DNA of 64,000 bases, taken from NCBI GenBank assembly GCA_965202655.1, contig CBDBBK010000002.1, forward strand, positions 658,528-722,527, read 5' to 3'. Of the stretch, positions 36,003-45,872 are shown one piece after another. The DNA is from Vicinamibacterales bacterium (GTDB lineage Bacteria > Acidobacteriota > Vicinamibacteria > Vicinamibacterales > UBA8438). A program made the translations under genes and the position numbers. The stretch's first letter is position 1. Every line of letters begins with the position of its first letter. The notes beneath the pieces are model-generated. The model did no database searches. It was given only the letters and a program-made list of their open reading frames with translations, and was not told where the DNA came from.

Positions 36003-38099
36003 ATGGCGAAGATCGCGGCGCCGCCCCTCGCCCCCCGGCGACCCCACCGCCACGAGATGCATGGCGACGTGCGGGTGGACGACTACTACTGGCTGCGCGA
36101 GCGGGAGAATCCCGAGGTCGTCGATTACCTGAAGGCGGAGAACGCCTGGACCGATGCCGCGATGGCCCACACGGCGCAGTTTCAGGATGCGTTGTTCGAA
36201 GAGATCAAGGGACGCATCAAGCAGACCGACATGTCGGTCCCGTACCGCGATGGCGCCTACCGGTATCACGTCCGGTTCGAGGATGGGCGGGAGTACGAGA
36301 TCCACGGCCGGGTCCGGATCGACGACGCGGCGGCGCCCGCGCCGGCGGGAATCGCGGCGGGTCCGCCGCCGGGCGAGCAGCTCCTGCTCGACGTCAACCG
36401 GGTCGCCGAGGGCCACGAGTTCTGTTCGGTCGGCGCGCTGCAGGTCAGTCCGGACGATCGGCTGCTGGCCTACGCCGTCGATATGGTGGGCCGCCGTCAG
36501 TACGCCATCCGGGTGCGTGACCTCGAGACGGGCGACGATCTGCCCGACGTCATCCCGGACGTCACCGCCAGCCTGGCCTGGGCCGCGGACAGCCGGACCC
36601 TTCTCTATACCCGGCACGATCCGACGACCCTTCGCCCGTTCCAGGTGCTGCGCCACCGGCTGGGAGACGACCCGGCCGACGACCGGCTGGTGTTCGAGGA
36701 GACCGACGAAACGTTCGTTTGCGGCGTCTGGCGCAGCCGGTCGCGCCGGTACCTCCTGATCGGTTCGTTCCAGACGATCACGACGGAGTACCGCCTGATT
36801 GACGCGTCGGATCCGGACGCCGAGCCGGTCGTCTTCCTGCCGCGCGAGCGGGGGCACGAATACGACGTCGATCACTACCGCGGGCGGTTCTACATCCGGA
36901 CGAACGCCGGCGCCGTCAACTTCCGCCTGATGGCGGCGGAGGGAGCGCGCCCGGGGCGCGACGCCTGGCGGGAGCTGATCCCGCACCGCGACGACGTGTT
37001 CCTCGAGGGCTTCGAGCTGTTCCGCGACCACCTGGTGCTCGCCGAACGCCGCGACGGACTGACGCAGCTCTCCGTTCACCCGTGGGGCGGCGCGGCGCCG
37101 CACACGATCGCGTTCCGCGAGGCGGCGTACGAGGTTTCCATCGCCACGAACCGCGATCCGGAGACGACGACCCTCCGGTTCCACTACAGCTCGATGGCCA
37201 CGCCGTCGTCGATATACGACTACGACATGGTGACGCGGGAGCGGACGCTGCTGAAGCGCGAGGAAGTGCTGGGCGACTTCGATCCGGCCCGCTACGAGAC
37301 CCTTCGCCTCGTCGCGACGGCGGAGGACGGTGCGCGCATTCCCATCTCGCTCGTCCGCCGGCGTGGAAGGGACGCCCCCGGTCCCGCGCCGCTGCTCCTC
37401 TACGGCTACGGCTCGTACGGCATCAGCATGGACCCGTCCTTCCGGTCCCCCAGACTCAGCCTGCTCGATCGCGGCATGACGTACGCCATCGCGCACATTC
37501 GCGGCGGGCAGGAAATGGGCCGTCCCTGGTACGACGCCGGCAAGCTGATGCGGAAGAAAAACACCTTCACCGACTTCATCGCCTGCGCCGAGCACCTCGT
37601 GGCGGAAGGGCATGCCGACCCCGGGCGCCTCTACGCGATGGGGGGCAGCGCCGGCGGCCTTCTGATGGGCGCCGTCGTCAACCTGCGGCCCGACCTCTTC
37701 CACGGCGTCGTCGCGCAGGTTCCGTTCGTCGACGTCGTCACGACGATGCTCGACGAGAGCATCCCGCTGACCACCGGCGAGTACGACGAGTGGGGCAACC
37801 CCAACGACCCCGCCGCGTACGCCTACATCCGCTCGTACTCTCCCTACGACAACATGGCCCCCGTCGCCTGGCCGCACCTGCTCGTGATGACCGGCCTTCA
37901 TGATTCCCAGGTGCAGTACTGGGAGCCGGCCAAGTGGATCGCCCGCCGCCGGACCGTCGCGCCGCCGGACGGCCGCCGTCTCCTGCTCCGGACCAACCTG
38001 GACGCCGGTCACGGCGGCGCCTCCGGCCGCTATCGGCAGTACCGCGAAATCGCCCTCCAGTACGCCTTCCTGCTCGATCTCGCCGGAGCAGCGGACTGA
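36003..38099 (+). CDS. ptrB: oligopeptidase B / prolyl oligopeptidase family S9A serine protease
   Basis: 698 aa. An N-terminal beta-propeller region, then a catalytic domain with nucleophile context GGSAGGLLMG plus downstream D and H (GLHDSQV, AGHGG). Confidence 0.88.
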   Translation: MAKIAAPPLAPRRPHRHEMHGDVRVDDYYWLRERENPEVVDYLKAENAWTDAAMAHTAQFQDALFEEIKGRIKQTDMSVPYRDGAYRYHVRFEDGREYEIHGRVRIDDAAAPAPAGIAAGPPPGEQLLLDVNRVAEGHEFCSVGALQVSPDDRLLAYAVDMVGRRQYAIRVRDLETGDDLPDVIPDVTASLAWAADSRTLLYTRHDPTTLRPFQVLRHRLGDDPADDRLVFEETDETFVCGVWRSRSRRYLLIGSFQTITTEYRLIDASDPDAEPVVFLPRERGHEYDVDHYRGRFYIRTNAGAVNFRLMAAEGARPGRDAWRELIPHRDDVFLEGFELFRDHLVLAERRDGLTQLSVHPWGGAAPHTIAFREAAYEVSIATNRDPETTTLRFHYSSMATPSSIYDYDMVTRERTLLKREEVLGDFDPARYETLRLVATAEDGARIPISLVRRRGRDAPGPAPLLLYGYGSYGISMDPSFRSPRLSLLDRGMTYAIAHIRGGQEMGRPWYDAGKLMRKKNTFTDFIACAEHLVAEGHADPGRLYAMGGSAGGLLMGAVVNLRPDLFHGVVAQVPFVDVVTTMLDESIPLTTGEYDEWGNPNDPAAYAYIRSYSPYDNMAPVAWPHLLVMTGLHDSQVQYWEPAKWIARRRTVAPPDGRRLLLRTNLDAGHGGASGRYRQYREIALQYAFLLDLAGAAD

Positions 38100-38187
38100 C
38101 GCCAGTGAGCACCGGCGAAGCGTGTAACGCCGCCATCCCCGCGTCCATGCCCCTGTCGCCGATCGGTCCCGACCGAGGTGATCTAGG

Positions 38188-39477
38188 ATGAGCGCCATGA
38201 TGACGATGCGGCGAACAACGGTGTGTCTCCTGGCCTGGTTTGCGGTGGCGACGATTGCGGCAACTCCCGTCTCGGCGGAGAACTGGCCGAACTGGCGGGG
38301 GCCGACGCGGGATGGGGTGAGTTCCGAGACCGGCCTGCCGGTCGAGTGGGACACCGAGCGGAACATTGCCTGGAAGCTGGAAATGCCCGCGTGGTCGGGC
38401 TCCACCCCGGTCATCTGGAACGAACGGATCTTCCTCAACGTGGCCGTCGATGACGACAACATCGAACTCTGGGCGCTCGACCGGGCGGATGCAACCGTGC
38501 TGTGGCAGCGCCACCTGAGCGACGGCAACCGGCGGCTGCGGAAGCAGAACCTGTCGTCGCCGTCGCCGGTGACCGACGGCGAACGGGTCTGGGTGATGAC
38601 CGGCACCGGCATCCTGACCGCGTTCGACTTCGACGGCGATCAACTGTGGCAGCGTGACATTCAGGCATCGTACGGGCGGTTCGGGCTGAACTGGGGCTAC
38701 GCCTCGTCGCCACTGCTTCACGACGGCGCGCTCTACGTGCAGGTGCTGCATGGCATGCGGACCGACGATCCGTCGTACCTGTTGCGCATCGACGCCGCGA
38801 CCGGCGAGACGGCCTGGCGCGTGGAGCGGCCGACCCAGGCGCGGCGTGAGTCGCCGGATTCCTACAGCACGCCGGCCCTGCTTCGATACGACGGCGTCAC
38901 CGAAATCGTCCTGACCGGGGGCGATGCGGTGACCGGGCACGATCCCGAGACGGGCGAGGAGCTTTGGCGCGCCGACGGGTTGAACCCGCGCCGCGAAGGG
39001 AACTACCGGATCGTCGCCTCGCCCTTCGTCCGTGACGGCGTAATCTACGCGCCCACGCGCATCCGGCCGATGCTCGCGCTGCGCCCGGGCGGCCGGGGCG
39101 ACGTGCTCGAGACGCACGTCCTCTGGCGGACCGACGACGGGCCGGACGTTCCGACGCCGGTGACTGACGGCGAGTACCTCTACGTGGTGAACGACCGCGG
39201 CATCGTCTTCGTGATGGACGCGAAGACCGGCGAGGCGGTCTACGGGCCGGAGCGGCTCAGCCGCGGAACCTACAGCGCGTCTCCGGTGCTGGCCGACGGG
39301 AAGATCTACGTGACGAACGAGAACGGCCTCACCTCGGTCTTCCGCGCCGGACCGGAGTTCGAGCTGCTGGCCGAGAACGACTTCGACGACTACTGCCTCA
39401 GTTCGCCGGCGGTCTCCGACGGGCAGATCTTCATCCGGACGACCCGGCATCTCTACGCCATCGGCGAGCGCCGATGA
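38188..39477 (+). CDS. PQQ-like beta-propeller repeat protein, exported
   Basis: Signal peptide followed by ENWPNWRGPTRDGVS, then repeated propeller blades (DGxxYV / TGExxW motifs). Confidence 0.8.
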   Translation: MSAMMTMRRTTVCLLAWFAVATIAATPVSAENWPNWRGPTRDGVSSETGLPVEWDTERNIAWKLEMPAWSGSTPVIWNERIFLNVAVDDDNIELWALDRADATVLWQRHLSDGNRRLRKQNLSSPSPVTDGERVWVMTGTGILTAFDFDGDQLWQRDIQASYGRFGLNWGYASSPLLHDGALYVQVLHGMRTDDPSYLLRIDAATGETAWRVERPTQARRESPDSYSTPALLRYDGVTEIVLTGGDAVTGHDPETGEELWRADGLNPRREGNYRIVASPFVRDGVIYAPTRIRPMLALRPGGRGDVLETHVLWRTDDGPDVPTPVTDGEYLYVVNDRGIVFVMDAKTGEAVYGPERLSRGTYSASPVLADGKIYVTNENGLTSVFRAGPEFELLAENDFDDYCLSSPAVSDGQIFIRTTRHLYAIGERR

Positions 39478-39752
39478 CACGTCCGACGCGCGCGACCAAC
39501 TGGCTGCTGGCGGCCGCCGTCGCCGCGCTCTACCTGCTGCATCAGGACACCTGGTTCTGGGACGCCGCGCGCCCGCTGGTGTTCGGCTTCCTGCCGATCG
39601 GGCTCTTCTATCACGCTGCCTATTCGCTGGCCGTCGCCGCGCTGATGTGGGCGCTGGTCCGTTACGCGTGGCCGGCGCACCTCGAGGTCGACTCGCAGCC
39701 CGAGGCCGAGGCGGCGACTGACGGGCCGCCGGCGGGGGAGCCGAAGCCGTGA
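39474..39752 (+). CDS. DUF3311 small membrane protein
   Basis: 92 aa with two TM segments. Typical position directly upstream of an SSS transporter. 4-nt overlaps with both neighbours. Confidence 0.7.
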   Translation: MTRPTRATNWLLAAAVAALYLLHQDTWFWDAARPLVFGFLPIGLFYHAAYSLAVAALMWALVRYAWPAHLEVDSQPEAEAATDGPPAGEPKP

Positions 39753-41392
39753 TCCCGGCGCTCGTCGTCATCGCCTACCTCGGCGTCGTCCTCTACATCG
39801 GCATCTTCGCGTTCCGCCGCGCGCCCGGCGGGGAGCACGCCGAGGGCTACTTCCTCGCGAACCGATCGCTCGGCCAGTACGTCTTCCTGCTGTCGTTGTT
39901 CGGCACGAACATGACGGCGTTCACCATCCTCGGATCGGCGGGGCACGCCTTCGCCAACGGCGTCGTCACCTACGGCCTGATGGGGTCGTCGTCGGCGTTC
40001 ATCATCCCGGTGACGCTCTACCTGTTCGGCACGCGGGTCTGGGCGCTCGGCAAGCGCCACGGCTTCATGACGCCGGTGCAGATGTATCGGGACCGCTGGG
40101 AGTGCGGCCACATCGGCACCGCCATCTTCGCGTTGCAGGCGGCGCTGCTGGTGCCCTACATCGTCATCGCGGTGATGGGCGGCGGGACGACGCTCAGCGC
40201 GGTGAGCGGCGGCATCGTGCCCTACTGGTTCGGCGGGGCGATCGTCGCCGCCGTCGTGATGAGCTACGTCTTCTTCGGCGGCATGCGCGGCACCGCGTGG
40301 GTCAACACGTTCCAGACCGTCCTGTTCCTCACGTTCGGGGCGGCGGCCATCATCTTCATCGGTGTGAGCATCGGCGGTTTCCCGCAGGCGATGGAGCGGC
40401 TGCTCGACTCGCCGGAGAGCGCGCCGCTCCTGACCCGCGAGCGGATCCCGCCGCGCTTCTTCTTCAGCTACATGCTGATCCCGCTCTCGTCGATCATGTT
40501 CCCGCACATCTCCATCTTCTGCCTGACGGCGCGGCGGATGGGGCAGTTCCGGAAGACGGTGATCTTCTATCCCCTCTGCATCCTCGCCATCTGGCTGCCG
40601 TGCACGTTCCTGGGTCTCGCCGCCAATGCGATGACCGACGTGCCGGCCATCGAATCGAAGCTCGAGGCGCGGGCCGAGCTGGCGGCCGAGCGCGACTCGC
40701 TGACGGCGGAAGAGACCGCGTCGCTGCAGCGCGCGGCGGCGGGAGACGACGTCATCATCCTGATGCTGGAATACTACGCGCCGCTCTGGCTGGCCGGCCT
40801 GCTCGGCGCCGGCATCATGGCGGCGGTGATGGCGAGCGACTCGCAGATCCTCGCGCTTTCGACGATGTTCACGGAGGACGTCTTCACCTACTACGGCGGC
40901 ACTTCCCGCTTCGGGCCGGCCGTCCAGGTGCAGACCGGACGATTATTCGTCGTGCTCATCGCGCTGATCGCCTACGTCATCGCGCTCAACATGCCGCCCG
41001 GGATATTCGGCCTCGCCGTGCAGTACGCCTTCTCGGGCTTCACGTCGATGCTGCCGCTGCTCGTGGCGGCCCTCTTCTGGCGCGGCAGCACGAAGTGGGG
41101 GGCGCTCGCGGTGGTGATCTGGACCGCCGCGACGATGGCGGGCGTCGCCCTGCTGCAGGCGGTCGTTCCCGCCCCGCCGCCGGGTGTCACCATTCCGGTC
41201 TGGACGTTCGCCGGGACCGAGATCGTCACGCGCACGCCGGGCGGCACCGACGTCCTCGGCTTCATGCCGGTGCTGCCGATGCTGATCGGCTCGTCGCTCT
41301 TGATGGTGGTCGTCTCGTGGCTGACGCCCAAGCCCGCCACTCCCACGCTGTCCCGCTACTTTCCGGAGCAGAACCAGCCGCCGCGCCCCTGA
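39749..41392 (+). CDS. sodium:solute symporter (SSS) family transporter
   Basis: 547 aa and about 13 TM segments, with an SSS-like N-terminal region ([29 protein letters not shown]). Confidence 0.85.
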   Translation: MIPALVVIAYLGVVLYIGIFAFRRAPGGEHAEGYFLANRSLGQYVFLLSLFGTNMTAFTILGSAGHAFANGVVTYGLMGSSSAFIIPVTLYLFGTRVWALGKRHGFMTPVQMYRDRWECGHIGTAIFALQAALLVPYIVIAVMGGGTTLSAVSGGIVPYWFGGAIVAAVVMSYVFFGGMRGTAWVNTFQTVLFLTFGAAAIIFIGVSIGGFPQAMERLLDSPESAPLLTRERIPPRFFFSYMLIPLSSIMFPHISIFCLTARRMGQFRKTVIFYPLCILAIWLPCTFLGLAANAMTDVPAIESKLEARAELAAERDSLTAEETASLQRAAAGDDVIILMLEYYAPLWLAGLLGAGIMAAVMASDSQILALSTMFTEDVFTYYGGTSRFGPAVQVQTGRLFVVLIALIAYVIALNMPPGIFGLAVQYAFSGFTSMLPLLVAALFWRGSTKWGALAVVIWTAATMAGVALLQAVVPAPPPGVTIPVWTFAGTEIVTRTPGGTDVLGFMPVLPMLIGSSLLMVVVSWLTPKPATPTLSRYFPEQNQPPRP

Positions 41393-41401
41393 CACGCCAG
41401 C

Positions 41402-42751
41402 GTGGAGCCCGTGGTGAGACCTCCGCTGCATTCGAGCGGCGATACATCGCGCCGGCGCTACGTTGACGCGGTCGGCCTCTGGTGCGCGATCGGCTACGCC
41501 GCCCTCGCCTTGCTGGCGCGGCAACCCGGCGAACCGGGTCTTTCCGCGTTCCTCATGCTCGTCGCCTGGACCGGCCTGCCGGTCTTCGGGCTCTACGGGT
41601 TCCTTCGCCGGCGCGGCGAGCCGGCGCCGATCGGCCGCCTCTTCTTCTGGGCCGTCGTTTTCCGGCTCTGCGGCCTCGCGGGCGGCCCCTTCTACGAGGA
41701 CGATTTCTATCGCTACCTGTGGGACGCCTACCGCTTCGCGACCACCGGCACGCCCTACGGCGCCGCGCCGGAGGCGTTCTTCCTCGACCCGAACGTTCCC
41801 GCGCTGCTTCAGGGCGTGCTGGGCGGGATCAACTACCCGGAGCTGCCCACCATCTACGGGCCGACGTCGCAGTTCATCTTCCTGCTCGGCTACTGGGTGC
41901 AGCCGGGCAGCGTCACGGCGCTGCAGGCGATCCTCATCGCCGTCGACCTCGTCCTGCTGGGACTGCTGCTGCGGCTCGCGCCGGCCCGCAACGTCCTGCT
42001 CTACGCGTGGTGTCCGCTGGTCGTCAAGGAGATCGCCTTCACGGCGCACCCGGACGGCGCCGGCGCCTGTCTCCTGATCGCCGCCATCGTGCTGGCGCGG
42101 GACAGGCACTGGCGGAGCGCCGCCGTCCTGCTCGGCCTCGCGACCGGGGCCAAGGTGTTCGGGCTGGTGCTCGCGCCGCTGGTGCTGGCGCGCGCGCACG
42201 TCCGTCACTGGATCCTGTTTGCCGCGACAGTCGCGGCGCTGTACGCCCCGTTCGCCCTGCAGGGGGGCACGGACCTGGCCACGCTCGAGGTATTCGCCCG
42301 CGAGTGGGAGTTCAACTCGGCCGCCTTCGGGCTGGCCGCGACGGTGATGCCGCGCTTCGGCGCGCGGCTCGCGCTGGGCCTGGGCTTCGCGCTGTTCTGG
42401 GCGTACTACCTTCGCCGGTACATCCGTCACGAGGCCGGCGGCGGGATACCGCGAGGCGACTGGCTGTACGGCGCGCTGCTCGTCGTGTCCCCGGTAGTGA
42501 ATCCGTGGTACCTGCTCTGGCTGCTCCCGTTCGCCGCCGTCTTCCCGAGCGCCTGGGCCTGGACCGCCTCGGTCGCCGTCCTCCTGAGCTACGTCACCGG
42601 TCTCAACCTGCAGGATTACGCCATGGATCCGTACCTGCAGCCGCTCTGGATCCGCTGGCTGGAGTTCGTTCTGATACTGGCTGCACTCGGTTACGATCTG
42701 GGACGACGCAGGAAGAAACATCCCGGCCACCAGGGGGAAGCAAGACAATGA
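41402..42751 (+). CDS. polytopic membrane protein, GT-C / DUF2029-like glycosyltransferase candidate
   Basis: 449 aa and many TM segments. An acidic loop, YEDDFYRYLWD, after the early TMs resembles the GT-C first-loop motif. Function and start codon (GTG 41402) are uncertain. Confidence 0.5.
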   Translation: MEPVVRPPLHSSGDTSRRRYVDAVGLWCAIGYAALALLARQPGEPGLSAFLMLVAWTGLPVFGLYGFLRRRGEPAPIGRLFFWAVVFRLCGLAGGPFYEDDFYRYLWDAYRFATTGTPYGAAPEAFFLDPNVPALLQGVLGGINYPELPTIYGPTSQFIFLLGYWVQPGSVTALQAILIAVDLVLLGLLLRLAPARNVLLYAWCPLVVKEIAFTAHPDGAGACLLIAAIVLARDRHWRSAAVLLGLATGAKVFGLVLAPLVLARAHVRHWILFAATVAALYAPFALQGGTDLATLEVFAREWEFNSAAFGLAATVMPRFGARLALGLGFALFWAYYLRRYIRHEAGGGIPRGDWLYGALLVVSPVVNPWYLLWLLPFAAVFPSAWAWTASVAVLLSYVTGLNLQDYAMDPYLQPLWIRWLEFVLILAALGYDLGRRRKKHPGHQGEARQ

Positions 42752-43611
42752 CTATCGTCTCTATCGGGGAAACGCAGCAGCCACGGAGGGTCCGGCTAAC
42801 GTCGTTCCTGCTGGGCGCCGCGCTGCTGGCGGCAGCGTGCGACGCGCCCATGCCGGAGGAGATCGAAGGGTGGGACGTGAGCGACGACGCCAATGTCGAG
42901 CAGCTCGACCACGGCCCGTGGCAGGACATTCTGGACGGCTACCTCGCCACCGACGAGATGGGGGTCAATCTCGTCGATTACGAAGGCCTCGCCGCGAATG
43001 CCGCGGACACCGCGAAGCTGAACGCGTATCTGGAATACCTCCAGGGACTTGACCCGCGCGATTACTCACGCGCGGAACAGATGGCGTACTGGATCAACTT
43101 CTACAACGCGTTGACCGTCAAGGTGGTGCTCGATGCCTATCCGGTCGAGACGATCCGGGACATCCACGAGGGCGTGGTGCCCTATACCGGGCCGTGGGAT
43201 GACGTGCATGCGCGGGTTACCGGCGAGGAGCTGACGCTCAACCACATGGAGCACGGGATCCTGCGGCCCCTCTGGCAGGACGAACGGATCCACTACGCCG
43301 TCAACTGCGCCGCCTACGGCTGCCCGCATCTGCTGGACACCGCCTTCACCGCCGCCAACACGGAAGAGTTGCTCGAAGCCGGGGCGCGGGACTACGTGAA
43401 CAATTTCCGGGGCGTCGATGTCGTAGACGACGACTTCATCGTTATCTCCAGCATCTACGACTGGTACGCCGAGGACTTCGGAAACACCGAGGCAACGGTG
43501 ATGGAGCATCTGCGCCAGTACGCCGCGGGCGAGCTCGCGGCGTTCCTGGAAGGCTTCGAGGGGGCCGTCGAGTACGACTACGACTGGAGCCTGAACGAAC
43601 AGAACCGCTGA
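42748..43611 (+). CDS. DUF547 domain protein, probable lipoprotein
   Basis: 287 aa. DUF547 signatures YWINFYNALTV and IHYAVNCAAYGCPHL. Lipobox-like LLAAAC. ATGA overlap with the preceding gene. Confidence 0.8.
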   Translation: MTIVSIGETQQPRRVRLTSFLLGAALLAAACDAPMPEEIEGWDVSDDANVEQLDHGPWQDILDGYLATDEMGVNLVDYEGLAANAADTAKLNAYLEYLQGLDPRDYSRAEQMAYWINFYNALTVKVVLDAYPVETIRDIHEGVVPYTGPWDDVHARVTGEELTLNHMEHGILRPLWQDERIHYAVNCAAYGCPHLLDTAFTAANTEELLEAGARDYVNNFRGVDVVDDDFIVISSIYDWYAEDFGNTEATVMEHLRQYAAGELAAFLEGFEGAVEYDYDWSLNEQNR

Positions 43612-43677
43612 AGACCGAGATTCTGGCGACGCCCGGCACGGGAACATGCCATCAGTGAGACAGTGAGGTAGCTGCCG

Positions 43678-44514
43678 TTAGCGTTGGTCGTCTTGACGGG
43701 CCTCGAGCGCACTGAGAAAGTCTGCGCGCACCTTGGACTTCTGCGACGAATCGAGATCGTCACCGAGTGTCTTGCGCGACATTGCCAGAAGCTTCGAGTC
43801 GTACTGATGCGGTCGCTGATTCGTGGCATGGATCATGCTGACGAGTGCAGCCACCTCAGTCGGCGGCACTTCGTTTGCAAGCTGCCGAGCAACTGCTGTC
43901 AGGCTGTCTGACGGATAGGTGGACTCGCTGGTCGTTGGAGTCTTGGCAGTAGCGGGGGATGGTGGGTCGACTCTCAGTCGTGGAGGGCTGCAGCGCAAGA
44001 ACCCGAGATCGGAGGCACCCCACTCGTGTGTCACGTCGGCTTCCTGAAGAAGAAAGAGCGACTGACTGCCGGTTGCTGGTCTGATGCCCAACAAGTGAAC
44101 TCGAACGCCATACTCTTGCGCCTGCAGGACGCCCACCCGGAGGTCTTCGTCACCAGACAGCAGTACACACCCTGCCATGGCGCGGTTGCGGGCGAGAGTG
44201 ATCATGTCAGTCACGATCAGAGAATCGACGCCCTTCTGTTGCCCCTGCGAGTTGACGAAACCGAGCCGAACCTTGACGTTCGCCTGGCCAGCGAGCGTGA
44301 GGTGCTGAGAGGTCGGGCCCTGGGAAGTGCCGTCGTACCAGTAGATTCTGAGCAGCGGGAGTTCCAGGGCCGCCTCAGCGAAGGTCTTGAGCTTCGCTGT
44401 TACCGCCTCGTGATCAAGACTGATCTCTCCACGCCTCAGTTTCGTTCCGCAGAGCTCGATCGAGCCTTGGGCGAAGAGATAGCCTGCATCGACGAATACA
44501 GCGACCCGTTCCAT
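43678..44514 (-). CDS. NYN (LabA-like PIN-fold) domain protein with an unassigned C-terminal region
   Basis: 278 aa. The canonical NYN start MERVAVFVDAGYLF, then acidic-centre motifs QKGVDSLIVTDM and LLSGDEDL. The gene and its flanks are visibly lower in G+C than the surroundings. Confidence 0.75.
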   Translation of the reverse strand: MERVAVFVDAGYLFAQGSIELCGTKLRRGEISLDHEAVTAKLKTFAEAALELPLLRIYWYDGTSQGPTSQHLTLAGQANVKVRLGFVNSQGQQKGVDSLIVTDMITLARNRAMAGCVLLSGDEDLRVGVLQAQEYGVRVHLLGIRPATGSQSLFLLQEADVTHEWGASDLGFLRCSPPRLRVDPPSPATAKTPTTSESTYPSDSLTAVARQLANEVPPTEVAALVSMIHATNQRPHQYDSKLLAMSRKTLGDDLDSSQKSKVRADFLSALEARQDDQR

Positions 44515-44538
44515 GGAGGGATGCTCCTTCGAGGCGTG

Positions 44539-44562
44539 AAAAAGGGCCCCCGCGGGGGCCCC
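44539..44562 (-). terminator. perfect GC palindrome plus T-tract (terminator-like on the minus strand)
   Basis: GGGCCCCCGCGGGGGCCC (44544-44561) is an exact 18-nt palindrome. On the minus strand it is followed by TTTTT (44543-44539). It lies 25 nt upstream of the NYN start, and no minus-strand gene ends there. Confidence 0.45.
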
Positions 44563-44697
44563 TTAGTAGGCCGTCCATTGATAGGCTAGATTCGGACGAC
44601 CAAGTAGAGGCTATGGCTTCTTGGATCGCCCTGTCAAGACACCATGGCAGTACCGCTACCAAGCCACGTGAAGCTCAGGAGACAGCGGCGTGTCACC

Positions 44698-45861
44698 ATG
44701 GTCAACATCGCAAGACCTCTCATCGTCGCCGTCGCGCTCCTGAGTGCGGCGCCTCTGTCGGCGCAGCCGCGCCTCACCATGGACTGGGAGGCGATGGCCG
44801 AGCAATTGGTGCGCCGGCTTGCGCCCGCGCCGGGGGAGAGGATCCTCCTCGTCGCGCGGCCCGGCCAGTTCGACGAGTTGATACCGCCGCTGCGCTACGC
44901 GCTGATGCGCGCGGGCGCGATCGATCTCGGCGTGATCGACGTCATCGAAGAGCCGCATCCGGCCGACTGGGACGGCGACCTGCTGTCGCGGAACCGTGAC
45001 GCGGCGCGCGCCGCCTACCGCGAGATGCTCCGGGACTTCGACGGGGCGATCATGCTGCCGGGAGCGCGGCCGGACCATGCCGTCTACGCGGCCCTCCAGG
45101 ATCTGCTGCATGAGGGGATCGGGCGCACCATCCATTTCCACTGGACCCAGAACGGCAGCGCGTTTCCGATCCCCGGTCAGCCGATGCCGGTTCAGGCGGT
45201 GATCGACGCTACCTATCAGCGGGCCCTGCTCGGGACCGACTACGCCGCGCTTGCCTCGGCCCAGCGGCGCTTTGTCGAGGCGATGCGCGACGCGGAGGTG
45301 CGCGTGACGTCGCCCCTCGGCACCGATATCCGTTTCCGCATCGGCCACCGGCCGGTGAACTTCGGCGACGGCAACGCCTCGAAGGAACGGACCGACCGGG
45401 GGGTGATCCTGATCGACCGGGAGATCGAGCTGCCATCCGGGGCCATCCGCGTGGCGCCCATCGAGGAGAGCGTCAATGGGACTATCGCCTTCCCGCCATC
45501 GCAGTGGGACGGCCGCCCGGTAACCGGACTCACGGTGCGGATCGAGAATGGCCGGGTCGCCGGCGTGACCGCCGAGTCGGGCCAGGACGCGGCGGAGGCG
45601 GAACTGGCCGGCGTGCCGCAGCAGGCCCGCGCGTTCCGGGAGTTCGCTCTCGGCTTCAACCCGCTGCTGGCGGTGCCGGAGCGCAACCCCTGGATCCCGT
45701 ACTACGGCTATGGCGCCGGCATCGTGCGTCTGTCGCTCGGCGACAACTCCGAGCTGGGCGGAACCGTGACCGGCGGCTACGTCCGCTGGAACTTCTTTAC
45801 CGATACGACAGTCACCGTCGGCGACGAGGTCTGGGTCCGCGACGGGCGACTGGTGCGCTGA
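44698..45861 (+). CDS. M29 (aminopeptidase T/AmpS)-like family protein, exported
   Basis: From MVNIARPLIVAVALLSAAPLSAQ (a signal peptide). The C-terminal pattern ELPSGAIRVAPIEESVNGTIAF...GLTVRIENGRVAGVTAESGQ...REFALGFNP matches the GE.FTAP.E.S.NG.I / GEF.IG.N architecture of M29 proteins. Confidence 0.6.
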   Translation: MVNIARPLIVAVALLSAAPLSAQPRLTMDWEAMAEQLVRRLAPAPGERILLVARPGQFDELIPPLRYALMRAGAIDLGVIDVIEEPHPADWDGDLLSRNRDAARAAYREMLRDFDGAIMLPGARPDHAVYAALQDLLHEGIGRTIHFHWTQNGSAFPIPGQPMPVQAVIDATYQRALLGTDYAALASAQRRFVEAMRDAEVRVTSPLGTDIRFRIGHRPVNFGDGNASKERTDRGVILIDREIELPSGAIRVAPIEESVNGTIAFPPSQWDGRPVTGLTVRIENGRVAGVTAESGQDAAEAELAGVPQQARAFREFALGFNPLLAVPERNPWIPYYGYGAGIVRLSLGDNSELGGTVTGGYVRWNFFTDTTVTVGDEVWVRDGRLVR

Positions 45862-45872
45862 GGAAAGTGATC

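Noticed and set aside
34842-38612. 1256-aa minus-strand ORF, the longest non-gltB ORF in the track.
   Set aside because: It lies antisense to the clearly recognisable ADOP permease, oligopeptidase B and PQQ-propeller genes. Its translation is extremely Arg/Gly/Pro/Asp-rich with no family motifs. This is the classic shadow ORF of high-GC DNA.
43618-44600. The 13-bp imperfect direct repeats flanking the NYN islet, considered as proof of site-specific insertion.
   Set aside because: They match at only 11 of 13 positions. A rough estimate says such a match between two windows of about 100 bp is not very improbable. I kept it as a weak note inside the islet finding, not as an att-site call.
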